Shown here: positions 26,850 through 39,104 of the stretch, one piece after another
Layout: every line of letters starts with the position of its first letter
Numbering within the stretch: the stretch's first letter is position 1
NCBI RefSeq assembly: GCF_018350175.1
Contig: NC_058368.1
Coordinates: 126,110,001-126,174,000, forward strand
Reading direction: 5' to 3'
Length of the DNA stretch: 64,000 nt
From: Felis catus
Taxonomy: Eukaryota
The notes under the pieces: model-generated
The model's input: the letters and a program-made list of their open reading frames with translations, nothing else
Told to the model about the DNA's origin: nothing
Databases searched by the model: none
Position numbers and translations under genes: made by a program

Positions 26850-27465
26850 TAGAGCTTGAGGTCACTGCCTATTCCCTGCACCAGGAATTCTCTGTCTGCA
26901 GGTATCCATGTAGCTAATTCCCTCACCTCAATCCAGATTTTGCTCAATTGTCTCCTTTTCAATGAGACCTACCCTGTCTACTTAATTTAAATTATGTGGC
27001 GTCTGGGTAGCTCATTTGGTTAAGCGTCCAACTTCGGCTAAGGTCATGATCTCACTGCCTGTGAGTTCGAGCCCCGCGTCAGGCTCTGTGCTAACAGCTC
27101 AGAGCCTGGAACCTGCTTCAGATTCACTCCCCATCTCTCTGCACCTCCCCTGCTTGCTCTCTTTCTCAAATATAAAATTAAAAAAACATAATAAATAAAT
27201 AAATTGCAACCATGTCCTACCTAGAATTCTAGATTTCCCTCTTGTTTTTATTTTTTATATATTATGTAGCATCTTCTAAGATCTTTTATCAGATATTTAT
27301 TTTACTTTAATCTTTATCATCCTTTTTTTTTTCTTTCAAGTATATGAAATTTCCTCCACAATAGCAGGAAATTGTGATATGTTTCATTCCCTGATGTATC
27401 TTAATATGTAGAACTGTGTCTGGAAAATAGTGAGTGTTCAAAAATGTATTTGGTGAATGAACAAA
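26850..27465 (+). mobile_element. L2 3' end interrupted by a CanSINE
   Basis: TAGAACTGTGTCTGGAAAATAGTGAGTGTTCAAAAATGTATTTGGTGAATGAA, L2 terminus. Confidence 0.7.
26996..27203 (+). mobile_element. CanSINE (felid type)
   Basis: GTGAGTTCGAGCCCCGCGTCAGGCTCTGTGC; A-rich tail. Confidence 0.95.
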
Positions 27466-27704
27466 TGGACCACTTACTAGACTTTCTGGTACATAACAGG
27501 CTCTCAAGCATATTACCTGACTTTCCTTCTCTTCCCTTCAAATAACTAAATCTAAATAACAGATTCTTGTTCAGGCCTTTCTTACTATTACAATACCATG
27601 TGTATAAATCAAGTTATTGGATTTGATGCAGCTGAGTCCTGCTTATGCAATTTTATAAAAGAGGTACACTCATCTATAAGAACTTTAAAAAATAAAAATA
27701 ACAT

Positions 27705-27917
27705 GGGGCACCTGGGTGGCTCAGTCAGTCGAGTACCCAACTCTTGATTTTGTCTCAGGTCATGATCCCAGGGTCATGATATTAAGCCCCATGTCCAGCT
27801 CTGCACTGAGTGTGGAGCCTGCCTAAGATTCTCTTTCTGTTTTTTTTTCCTCTCTCTCCCTTTGTTCCTTCCCCTGCTCACACACTCTCACCCTACAATA
27901 AACATAATAAAATAAAA
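27705..27917 (+). mobile_element. CanSINE (older type)
   Basis: GGGGCACCTGGGTGGCTCAG...CTCTTGATTT; TSD TAAAAAATAAAAATAACA. Confidence 0.95.
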
Positions 27918-28005
27918 TAAAAAATAAAAATAACAGCGTCTATAGTAAGGATTTTGAAAATTACATCTACCTCAATGTAATACATAATCTATCCTTAAAA
28001 AAAAC

Positions 28006-28203
28006 TTTATTTATTTATTTTGAGAGACTGCAAGAGAGAGATCGAGCCAAGAGGGGTAGAGAGAGAGGAAGAGAGAGAATCCCAAGCAGGCTCCATGTTG
28101 TCAGCCTGTGGCCTGACATGGGGCTCAGTCTCACAAACCATGAGATCATGACCTGAACCAAAAACCAAAGTCGGATGCTTAACGGACTTAGGCACCCAGG
28201 CAT
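28006..28203 (-). mobile_element. CanSINE
   Basis: GAGAATCCCAAGCAGGCTCC; TSD ATAATCT(A/C)TCCTTAAAAAAAA. Confidence 0.95.
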
Positions 28204-28514
28204 ACAGATAATCTCTCCTTAAAAAAAAAATAATAGCTAGAGAAGGAAATTCCATCATCCCTTCAAGTATTTATTCAGTGTCTAACAAACCTTACATTTC
28301 TTTCATGCATCCAATTTTTTTTCTTATTTTTACTGATTGTATTTTTGTCTGGTTGATTCCCAACGACATGCTTGGAGGAGTCCTCTTCTTGTCCAGTCCT
28401 GCTGTAGAAAGGGTCTTTCCAGTCCAACTTTTCTGTTTACTAACCTAATGTAGATTCTTTGCTTTCAGTCCAGAGGTTGACATTTTCTAGAACTCTCTTT
28501 TGAATTAGGGAATC

Positions 28515-28910
28515 TGTTGCAGGTTGGGTTCTCCAGAAGACAGACACAGAGATGAAGTTAAGAAAGGAAAAGGTAGTAACACCTGAGAAAGGAGAAGGGA
28601 TGGAGGCTGACTGGGCAGAAGGAGCTGTGAGACTAGAATGAACCTGAGAAAGCTTCTACCATGAGGGGTGTGGAGCAGAGATCACTTGTCATAGAAGTCC
28701 TAGGTTAGGAAGAATGGACAGGCCCTTGCACCACCGCCTTACTCAGTCATTAGGTGGAATTATCCCAAGAAGAGCACTGCCTCACCTCTAAACCTGAGGA
28801 GGACCCAGAAGCCATTAACCATAGGAGTCCTTCAGCTAAGCATCTTGAAGGAAGCAGCTATCTCCTGTTCTGAAGGAGAATCTGAGCAGCACATATTCCT
28901 GTCTTTCACA
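28515..28910 (-). mobile_element. ERVL solo LTR (LTR33-like)
   Basis: TGTTGCAGGTTGGGTTCTCC (reverse of the GAACCCAACCTGCGACA-type 3' end); CAGTCATT; GAAGGAGAATCTGAGCAGCAC near the 5' end. Confidence 0.65.
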
Positions 28911-28912
28911 GT

Positions 28913-29388
28913 ATTACAGCGTCTGCTGTCATAACCCTGCCCCTGTCTCCTCAGCGCTCACCCTCCCTGTGCCTGCTGATGACTCCCTTGTGCAGACACT
29001 TGTGACCTGTCACCGCAGGATTTCTCTGATGTGCTTGGCTGGTGTGCACAGCAGGCCATAGGTGCTGGGGAGTGTTGTCTCAAGAACATTGCTCTGCCAG
29101 TGAAGGAAGAGAATTGGAGGAGAATATAACCCACCTTCCTCTCTGCTTAGATGGGAAAACGCTGACATATGTTCTATCCAGTCTTCCAGATGTCCCCCAA
29201 TGGAATGAGCTTCAGCTGTCTGCAGTGGTAACCTGCTTGATAATGTACCCTATATTGACTTCTTGTCCTTCCCTCATTTCTTATCGCCCTATCCCCCTAT
29301 CAGCACATTTTAGGATCACTTTCCAAATAAATTACTTAGTCTCATGTCCTGCCTCAGGTCTACTTTCTCAGGGAATCCAGCTTAAGAT
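28913..29388 (+). mobile_element. ERVL solo LTR (LTR16-like)
   Basis: GGATCACTTTCCAAATAAATTACTT...CTCAGGTCTACTTTCTCAGGGAATCCAGCTTAAGA, LTR16-type 3' end. Confidence 0.7.
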
Positions 29389-29639
29389 TGGTGTCTTGCT
29401 CTGTATGTGGTTTATAGCATTCTATTCACTGAATAGAGATGAGACTGGGAGTCAGGAAGCCTGGAGGATGTTGGATATTGGATGTTCTTCAGTCCCTCTA
29501 ATCCCAGGAAGGTCAAATAACTTGGCAAAAATTATGCAATAAATTACTGGGAATGTTAGAAATGGAACAAATGGTCCATCATTGATTTAGGTTTAGTTGA
29601 ATTCTGATTTTATAATAAGGGACCGATGAGTATTTAAAA

Positions 29640-30204
29640 ACAGACAAAGTACACACACCCCAATATTTATAGCTGCATAATCTGCAATAGCTAAACAATG
29701 GAAACAGCCCAAATGGCCATCAACTGATGAATGGATAAAGAAGCCGTGACACATGTACACACACACATGCACACACACACGTGTGCGTGCGCGCACACAC
29801 ACAGATTATTACTCAGCCATCAAAAAGAATGATATCTTGCCATCCAGAAAAACATGTATGGAGCTACAGAGTATTAGGCTAAGCAAAGTGAGTCAGAGAA
29901 AAACAAATGCCATGTGACTTTACTCATATGTGGAATTTAGGAAACAAACAAAAAGCGGGTGAAAAAAGAGAGACAAACTCAGAAACAGACTCTTAACTGT
30001 CAAGAACAAACTGATGGTTACCAGAGGGGAGGTGGGTGGGAGGACGGGTGAAATAGGTGATGGGGATTAAGGAGTGCGCTTGTTATGATGAATACCAAGT
30101 GCTGTATGGAAGTGTTGAATCACTAAATTACACACCTGAAACTAATACTACACTGTATGTTAACTAATTGAAATTTAAATAAAAACTTAAGAAAATAAAA
30201 ATAA
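29640..30204 (+). mobile_element. L1 3' end (L1_Carn-like)
   Basis: ATGGAAACAGCCCAAATG, GAATGGATAAAGAAG, CTGATGGTTACCAGAGGGGAGGTGGGTGG, CACCTGAAACTAATA, A-rich tail. Confidence 0.93.
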
Positions 30205-30353
30205 GCAAGGGATGTTGGTCCTTCACCTCTATCTCTTGTCTGTTTCCTCTGAACAGGATACATCATTTCCTGCCGAGGCACTACAATTATGCTGTTTAAT
30301 GTTTTTATGGCTTTGAGTTTTAATAATGCTCTCATTTATTTTATCCCATTCAA

Positions 30354-30551
30354 AATGTTTATTTATTAATTTTGAGAGAGAGATAACAAGAGGGAGAAGG
30401 GCAGAGAGAGAGGGGGAGAGAGAATCCTATTCAGGCTCCGTGCTGTTAGCACAGAGCCAGATGTGGGGCTCTAACCCACAAACCGTTCAGATCATGACCT
30501 GAGCTGAAATCGAGTTAGACACTCAACCCACTGAGCCACCCAGGTGCTCCC
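30354..30551 (-). mobile_element. CanSINE inserted in a reverse MIR
   Basis: GATCATGACCTGAGCTGAAATCG...CTGAGCCACCCAGGTGCTCC; MIR core CCATTTTACTTTGAGAAAACTCAGG follows. Confidence 0.93.
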
Positions 30552-32447
30552 CCATTTTTTCCCGAAGTAACCTGGTCATACAGCTAGAGATTTGAGAAGG
30601 GTCCATTTTACTTTGAGAAAACTCAGGTGTAGAGAATGTAAATGTCTTCTTTTGTCCATAATTAAATTGTTAGCAATTGGAGGAGGTGATACTCAGGCCC
30701 AGATTTTTGTGCTCCACAGAGTCAGCTTGTCACGTTATCTTGTTGGTTTCTCTCAAATCTATACACAGGCACAAAGCATAGTTTTACCTTCTTTCCCCTT
30801 TATTCCAGCTAGCATCATCAAAATATGTGTTCAATGTATATACATTTTTATACTGCCATATTTGCATTCTGCTGGAATTCTGGGTGGAATTAATACATTG
30901 ATAAATAGAAGAGAACTCCCAAGTTATACAAAATCTCAACTTCATTATTAGCTTTGCTGTTGCCTATCAAAACTTTCTGCAATGCTGGTGACAGAAAAGT
31001 GAATGAATCCTTTGCTACTAGATTACCCTCACCTTCTTAGCAAGTGAGAGGTCAAGAAAAAATAATGAATGAAAATCTAATCAGAGGAGTGAAGAAAAGC
31101 CACTTGAATAATCTATACACTGGAAAAAAGAATCCTTGCAAAGTCTTTATACTTTAGATCCATATAGAGAAAAGCTACAATTATTCAATGTGTACCGTAA
31201 CCCCTGATGGGAATTTTGAAGAGTTTTCTCAACCGGCAATCTTTTCACCTCATCTCCAACTCCAGTTATTTAGCTGTATAGAATTCGCTGCCTGCAGTGT
31301 ATGCAAATGGAGTGGGGAGGGGGGCAAAAATGACGAACATGAAATTCTATTTTGATAGGGAAGATATTGAACTTCAAGTTGTTGCGGTGGAAATTAATGC
31401 AAGTTGTTTTCTTCAGGACCAACAGAAATATGAGCAGCAATGAGTAGTGGAAATATGAATACAAAGTGAGGGCTACTGATGAGACAAGTCAGTCACTTAC
31501 TTCCTTATTAGTGAGACAATTACACCTGACTATGGGAGGGTCTGTTTAGAATCCTTATGGTGCCAATTCTAGCCAGAGCTGCGTGGTTGGGACCTGGGCT
31601 TAGAGGCTGAGACCACAACTGAGGGGAAATCTCCCTTGACTTCCCCTACTCCTTATCCTGGGAGTTAAGAACCCCGAACTCCTAAGCTAAAGTCCTTCCA
31701 GAGAATATGATCTTTCTCCTAGATAGAGACCAAGGAAACCTGTGGGAATGAGAATATTCCATTCCTCTTAAGAAACTCAGGTCTGCATCAACTGATCTCC
31801 ATCATATAAGACCAGCAGTGGAGCTCAGGGAAATGATCAGTAGGGCACATCTAAGCTGATCAGGATAAAAAGGACCAGCGCTCCTCCAGAGCACTTCTTG
31901 TCTCCTGGCTGACCCTGATAAAAGCTCTCCTGAGTCCCTGCTCAAATTCAAAGTTGCTGATTTTGGATCCCTGACCTATAGCCTTGTCTCTGTCTTTAAT
32001 AAATCTCAAATAGAGCAAGTCCTGTCAAACCCTTCTTGTGTGGTATCTGCCTACTGTTACCTTGTTACCTAATGGACTAGGAAGTCTTTCCATACTCCTC
32101 TGGGCATTTCAGGATCTGACACAAAAAGGAACCATGCTCAAAATCCCAAAGGATCACTCACCTTACTAGAATAGGGAAGTTTATATGTCTCCTCATCTTA
32201 AGTGCACCATTCAATTTTATAGGCCAAAGACATTTTCCCTTGAGTTGGTCTGGTCAGAGAAGATGTAAAGATTTTTCAGTGTTAGAAATATTAGGCCAAA
32301 TCCTGCTCTATGAACACACTTCTCTTTGGGAAGTGATACTTTGTAGAAGGTAGACTTCTGCATGAAAAAGTTAGTGTATCTGCTAAAGGCTGAGTTTATG
32401 TCCAGAGGTAACTCTAATCCAAGAGTGGCAGCCAGAAAAAGGGGAGC

Positions 32448-32566
32448 AGATCACCTGGACAGCTCAGTAGGTTAAGCATCCAACTTTGGCTCAGGTCATA
32501 ATCTCACGGTGTGTGGGTTTGAGCCCTGCATTGGGCTCTGTGCTGACAATGTGGGACCTGCTTGGG

Positions 32567-32610
<44 letters not shown>

Positions 32611-32675
32611 CCTGTCCCTTTCCCCACTCTTTCCCTCTCTTTCTCTCAAAATAAATAATAAACTTAAAAAAAATT
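32448..32675 (+). mobile_element. CanSINE with (CT)n
   Basis: GCTCAGTAGGTTAAGCATCCAACTTTGGCTCAGGTCA; (CT)n; AAAATAAATAA tail. Confidence 0.93.
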
Positions 32676-32834
32676 CTAAAACTTGATGATAGCCTTCAGA
32701 CAAAGCAGGTCTTACCTATATAAGTATCCAAGTAACAACAATCTGGAATCTGGCCTCTTCACACGTATCCATAGAGCCTATCCCTGGGGATTAGCTATCG
32801 CCCAAGTCAGTCCTCTGTTTCATCATAGTTTTAC

Positions 32835-33311
32835 TTTTTTTTTTTAAATTGAAGTATAGTTCACACACAGTGTTACATTAATTTCAGGTGTATGACACAA
32901 TAATTTGACAACTCTTTATATTATGCTATGCTCACCACAAGGGAAGCTACCATGCATCCCTATACAGCACTATCGTAATACTACTGACTATATTCTCTCT
33001 GCTGTACCATTCATCCCAGTGACTTATTCATTCCATAACTGGAAGCTTTTATCTTTGACTCCTCTGTACCCATTTTGCTCATACCCTCCACCTGGAAACT
33101 ACCAGTATGTCCTCTGATTTATGGCCTTGTTTCTGCTTTCTGTTTTTGTTGTTGTTGTTGTTACTCCACATATGAGCATATGAGTGAAGTCATATGGTGT
33201 TTGTCTTTCTCTGCTTTATTTCACTTAGCATAATTCCCTCTGGGTCCATTCATGTTGTTGTCAATGGCAAGATTTCAGCATTTTTGATGCCTGAGTAATA
33301 TTCCATTGTGT

Positions 33312-33353
<42 letters not shown>

Positions 33354-33946
33354 TCTTGTTTCTCCATTCATCCATTGATAGACACTTAGCTTTCTTCCAT
33401 ATCTTGGCTGTTGTAAATAATGCTTCAATAAACATAAGAGTACATATACCTTTTTGAGTTAGTGTTTCCATATTCTTTGGATAAATATCTAGTAGTGGAA
33501 TTACTGGATTGAATGTACTGTTTTCCACAGTGGCTGCACCAATTTGCATTCCTACAACAGTGTATGAGGGTTCCTTTTTCTCCAAATCCTCACCTATTCT
33601 TATTATTTCTTGTCTTTTGGTACCAGCCCTTCTGACAGGTGTAAGGTGATATCACACTGTGGTTTTGATTTGAATTTCCCTGATTACTGGTGATAATGAG
33701 TATCCCTTCATATATCTGTTGCCCATACACATATTTTCCTGAGAAAAATATTGGTTCAGGTCCTTTTCCCATTTTTAACTGAACTATTCATGTGGTGTGT
33801 AGTTGTGTTTTTTGGGTTTTGTTGTTTTTTTTGTATATTTTGATTCTTAGCCTCTTATCAGATATATTTTTGCAAATATCTTCTCTCATTCCATATATAG
33901 ATTGCCTGTTCATTTTTGTTGATGGTTTCCTTCACCATGCAAAAAT
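32835..33946 (-). mobile_element. L1 3' ~1.1 kb (L1_Carn-like), ORF2 remnant
   Basis: Minus ORF 33250-33585 gives EKKEPSYTV...ATVENS...MFIEALFTTAKIWK...MEYYS, L1 ORF2 C-terminus; poly-T tail at 32835. Confidence 0.95.
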
Positions 33947-33989
33947 CTCAGTAGTTTACTTTTAGCATAGCTTTATTTTTAAATGATAG

Positions 33990-34190
33990 TTTTTGAGAGT
34001 CTTCTACGTGCTCTCACATACCTTACCATTATTTCACCTCTACTTTATTAGGTAAACATGCCAGGAACAATTTTAACCATTGTAAAGAATAGAAGGATCA
34101 TATTAGTTAAATAATTTACCCTACATCACAGTTAATTAGATAGCAGTGCTGAAATTTAAGCCAACATTTGAACTAACTCCAAAATTTACT
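33990..34190 (-). mobile_element. MIR fragment
   Basis: AGTTAAATAATTTACCCTACATCACAGTTAATTAG. Confidence 0.5.
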
Positions 34191-35662
34191 TTCTAGAAAT
34201 CCGAGGTTCAAATTTTGAAAAATAATTCACATCAGAGCTCAGTCTAGAAACCAAGATTTCCAATTCTTAAGGATTATTTGTGTTTCACATCAGACTCTCA
34301 ATGTATTTCTGTAGTTTTAAGTTTGGGGACATTTAAAGTTTTGGGTTATCATAAATGAGTAGCTGGTCATCAATGTACTGTTCACAGAATTTACACAATT
34401 CAATTATTAAAGAGAAATAAAGCATAACAGGTGGCATAATTATACGGTTTCAATGTGATAATCATTGAGCTATATTCCTGACTTGGAGGAAAAGTGATCA
34501 CTAGTTTGTCACAGCTTGATGAAAATATTCTCAAAGGTGATAACATTTTTTACCATGAGAGTTTTAGCTCACAAAATAACCCTCTCTTATCAAATAGGTT
34601 TTCCAGGATTTGGGGATATAGAAGGAGATGCTAAAGGATGACTAAAACTTCTTCCCTTTTCTCTGCCTCTTTTTTTTCTGTGCTTACAATTTTCTGTAAG
34701 GGTTTCTTTATATGAACAAAATCTTACAAATCAGACATAACCTCACCAAGGGAATTCAGCCACACAATACAAAATTCCCATGATGGGATGGTACTTCTGA
34801 CAGAAACTCAGCCTATGAAATAGTATGATTTTGTGTTTTATCAACTCTCCCTAGATAAAAAAATTGTCTGATTAATTCTGCTTAGATCCATGGAGTTACC
34901 GCTTATCTTCTAAAGCAGGCCAGCCCTTGCCTTCTTTCTCCTAGTGAGAACTGGTTTTTATTTTTAGTTTCGAGGCAATATTTCCTAGTGTTTTTAGACT
35001 TACATTGGTTAATATTGCTGTTGTTCTGTTTTGAATGAGTCTCTGTTAACTATCACCTTCATTTGCCAGCAGAAATGTTCCAAGAGACCAAAACAATTTA
35101 TGATGAATTTTCTTTTATAGCACAGTAAATGATGGAAACTCAGCTGCCAGACTACCAAAGGAAAGAGTTTTAACTGTTTAGCTCTGGCTAACATGTTATA
35201 GGAAACATTGACGAATCAGCAGAAGCTTTATATAGCCCAACAGGAAAAAACACTAATATTTGGACTTCTTGTCATATTTAATTTTAGTTTCCGAACACGT
35301 GGACAACTTTGCTTTATTTCTTAACTCTCAGCAAAGAGACAAGCAGTTACCTTAGTCAAAAGTTGTTTTTGTGAAAGGTTATTTTCATGGCCCTGATGAA
35401 ACCATTAAAAATAATCTTGCTTTCAGAAGTGGAAAAGGAAAAGGGCCTTATCAAACATAGAAAACAGTTGCATTACTAAATCAGAATTTGAGTACAATGT
35501 GAGATCTTTGGAAATTCTAGATAAAAATCCTGCTTGAAAGAGAAAAGAAAAACAAAGAACAACCCCAAATGGACAATAAACTTATACTCTTCATGAAGTT
35601 AAGGAAAACTAATATCAATTAACCACATGTTTTTAATAATGTTTCCTATTAAAAATGTCCAT

Positions 35663-35780
35663 GGGAGTACCTGGGTAGCTCAGTTGGTTAAGTGTCTGAC
35701 TCTTGATTTTGGCTCGGGTCATGGTCTTTCTCTCTCAAAATAAATAAACTTGAATGAATGAATGAATGAATGAATGAATG
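35663..35780 (+). mobile_element. Internally deleted CanSINE with (GAAT)n tail
   Basis: Head up to GGTCATGGTCT fused to TCTCTCTCAAAATAAATAAA; TSD AAATGTCC. Confidence 0.9.
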
Positions 35781-35974
35781 AAATGTCCCTGAATTTCAGA
35801 GACCTTTTTATATTACTGGAGTCTCTATTGGTTTGTCCCTAATATGGTTGAAATCCACTTGCTGACTTAGTTTGTTTCTCTGGCTACTGAGATTTCTATT
35901 CCTCCAAATGACATCTCCTAGTCACAAATATGGGATTTAACAGAAATGAAGTAAAAAGTTTTATTTCAAGAAAA

Positions 35975-36420
35975 ACGAAAACTTATATTCACACAAAGAC
36001 TTGTACACAAATGTTTATAACAGCTCTATCCACAAATATCCTTGAACAGCTGAGTGTGAAGACAAACTGGTAATGGAATATTCAGCAATAAAAAGGAACA
36101 AAATACTGATGCATGCAACATCATGGGGGAATCACAAAGTCATTATGCTGCGTGAAAGTTGTTAACCTCAAAAGATGACGTTAAATACGATTCCATTTAA
36201 ACGACTTTCTCAAGTAAAAACTGTGGTGATAGAAAGCAGATCAGGGGTTGTCAGGAGTTACAGCTGGGAGTAGGCTTGTTGCAAAGGGGATTTTTTTTTG
36301 TGGTGGAAAACAGTTCTCTCTTCTGATTGTGGTGGTGGTTACATAAATCTGCACATGTATCAACATTAATAAAACTATATAACAAAAAAAGTCAATTTTA
36401 CTCTGATGATTTAAAAAATA
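35975..36420 (+). mobile_element. Old L1M (L1MB/MC-like) 3' fragment
   Basis: AAAACTTATATTCACACAAAGACTTGTACACAAATGTTTATA; CAGCAATAAAAAGGAAC; GATTGTGGTGGTGGTTACA. Confidence 0.8.
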
Positions 36421-36599
36421 CAATTTATTATAAAAAGTAATGAACAAGAATTTTAAAAAAATGATTTCACTACTTTTCCTTCTTCTGGAATCCCATAGAA
36501 AGAATGTTGCTATTGGAAGCTGACAAAAAACTATTTTTCTTTGCAATATCTTGGGCCTCTCCCAACTGAAACTGGCTTTTTCTTCATAAGGGCAAACCT

Positions 36600-36865
36600 G
36601 GTGGTGATGATGGTAATGATACCTTCATCATGTATTTAATCTGTGCCAAGCATCACTCTAAGTCCTGTACATGCATCTCTGCATACTTATAACAGTCCTG
36701 AGGAAGTTGGTCTTATTCGGGCCTCCATTGTACGATGGAAAAAACTGAGGCATGGGAATGTTAAATAATTTGCCCAAGATCCCTCATCTAGCAAGTGGCT
36801 GACTTTGTGTTCAAATTGAGGCACTCTGACTACAGGGGCCTTTGCCCTCAGCTATGATGCTTACT
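36600..36865 (-). mobile_element. MIR
   Basis: GAAAAAACTGAGGCATGGGAATGTTAAATAATTTGCCCAAGAT. Confidence 0.8.
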
Positions 36866-39104
36866 ACTTCTTTCTAAATTCCGCTGAGTAAACCTTACGA
36901 ATACAGAGTCTCTATTCAAACTACTTGGTTTGACTTTGTACATCCAAGTTCTTGTAAAGCATCAAGGGTTTTCTTTCCCCCTTTAGTCCCACTTTCTTTT
37001 CTTTCTTTTTCTGAAGGTGTATGAGTAGAACACAACCATTTTAAAAGTTTGTAGTTAACTTATCTGAGCATAGAGTCTAGATCTAAAAAAAGAGTCCATC
37101 TGCCATCTTCCTATTGCTAACGTAGGTTAGATCTTAAAGCACCTGGCCCAAGAAACACAGACAAATTGCTTTTTGTGTCATTTTTTTTTTGTGAGGAAAC
37201 ATCATGTATCATTGTGAGAGGTTCATGTAAATGGAACTTGTTCTAAGCTGGCAGAATTAACTAATATTTTCTCCTCAGCATTTGGATAAACACAAGACAG
37301 TTTTGGATCTGTTCAAATTCCATCAGCCTATTATTACCACTGTGTATTTAACTGAAGGAGGATGTTTAATATCTAAAGAGAAAACACTGCATCATAGAAA
37401 AAGCATCATTTATTTTAGATATTAGCATTTCCTCCCCCCAATTTTTTACTGATACTTAAATCATTTCATTTTATCATTATCCTACTGGTCAAAACAACTA
37501 CTCTCACTTTGCCTCACATTCCAGAAATAATAAAGAGGAGTACCAAAGGTAAAGTCATTACCAAGAATAAATCTGTTGTTCAGTCCGAAAAAGAAAAAAT
37601 GTATGGTTGCACATTTCCACCACAATGACGCATAGCTTGTATCTTGCTGAGGGTCCAAAAAAAAAAAAAAAAAAAAGGAGCCAAGCAGCTCCTCTGAAAT
37701 AATATAGAAAACACTCAAGCAATGATAGCAATTTGAACTTTGGGGTGTGGTAGAAAACCATGGAGGCAGGAAGAAATAAAAGGAACAGATGTCACAGAAA
37801 TGAACAATAGGGAAAGGCAAGAGGACAGATAGTGGCAGCTAAATGACAAATTGACAAAGCCCAACAAAGACCCCTCTGAACAGGCTCTATCATTGAAAGG
37901 TCTACTTTTGTAGATATTACTTTTGTAGATGGAGAAGTAATACAATGACTATAACCCATTTGATCAGCTTAAGTCACCCTATGTATAGTTTAGTAAGCTA
38001 CCATGGGAAGTTCTGAGAGGTCTGGCTGCCTCGTGATTCTGGACTGATAAGGGTGGGAGACATTCAGTATTTCTATCAGCCCAGAAGAAAGGGACAATAG
38101 AGACATACTTGAGCAAAAACACATGATGTTATTCCCGTGCCTGCAACCTTTTCCTTGATTCTCATCCCACTTAGAATAAGACCCAAATAAAACAGGTGGT
38201 CTAGCTGGCCAAGATCAGAAATGAGATAGTCTATTGTAGAAAAGCATTTCTAGAGAGACAAGAAAGAAAGAGAATGTGGAAACAATTGCCTTTGACAGGC
38301 CTACTTCTAACTGATTTTCAGCCCAGCAATGTGGTATTGGAGAATTGTTAAAATAAGGGTACTTACTGTATCAAAACTAAAGTATTAAAATGATTAGCCC
38401 ACTATTTAATTTTATAATATTTATTCATCAGGATTCTCAAAGAAGAATGAAAATTTGCAAGCACATGCTTCTACTAACAGCTCCCAGATTTTGTCATTAT
38501 ATCAGAAATGTATTCCTGCCAACAGTGTAATACATTTCCATTTCTTTTTTTAATTTAGCCTTTTGAATTTATACATATTTTTTCACAGGGTACTGACAAG
38601 GAATGTTGGCAGAATAGAGAATCCAGCTCCTGTTTATTTATTTCCTCATTTTATAAAGTATCAGAGAGTGCTTCTCTCAAGTCCTTAAATCCTGAGGCAG
38701 AGGAAGAGATTTTCTATCCCCTTGACCTTCTCATACAGCTTTTGAGTATTGAGACCCACTTAGCAGGAGGGAGATTATTTTCTCATGCTGAGTTTCACAA
38801 ACACTGGGGGACTCCTCTACTTCCTCCTGGATCCACATCAAACCCTAGTGAAGCCTTTTCCAAGCTGTAAACATTTGCCATACAACATTAGCATGCCACA
38901 CATGACCTGAAACACTGCTCCCCACAAAAGCAGAGGCAGGAAGGAAGGTTCACATCTGTGATTCATAAAGGGCCACAGAATAGTCTCGACTTCTCTGAGA
39001 CATTTTTTTTTCCTTCTGAAATCTACCCTAACTCCATAGACTCTATATTCTGTCATGAGCCAACAGAAGTAAATGCATGACATGATGAAGGCTGAATCGA
39101 AAAG

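Noticed and set aside
29042..29542. 166-aa ORF
   Set aside because: Lies mostly within an LTR16-like element
33250..33772. ORFs similar to L1 ORF2
   Set aside because: Frameshifted remnant with inserted microsatellite; reported as L1, not a gene
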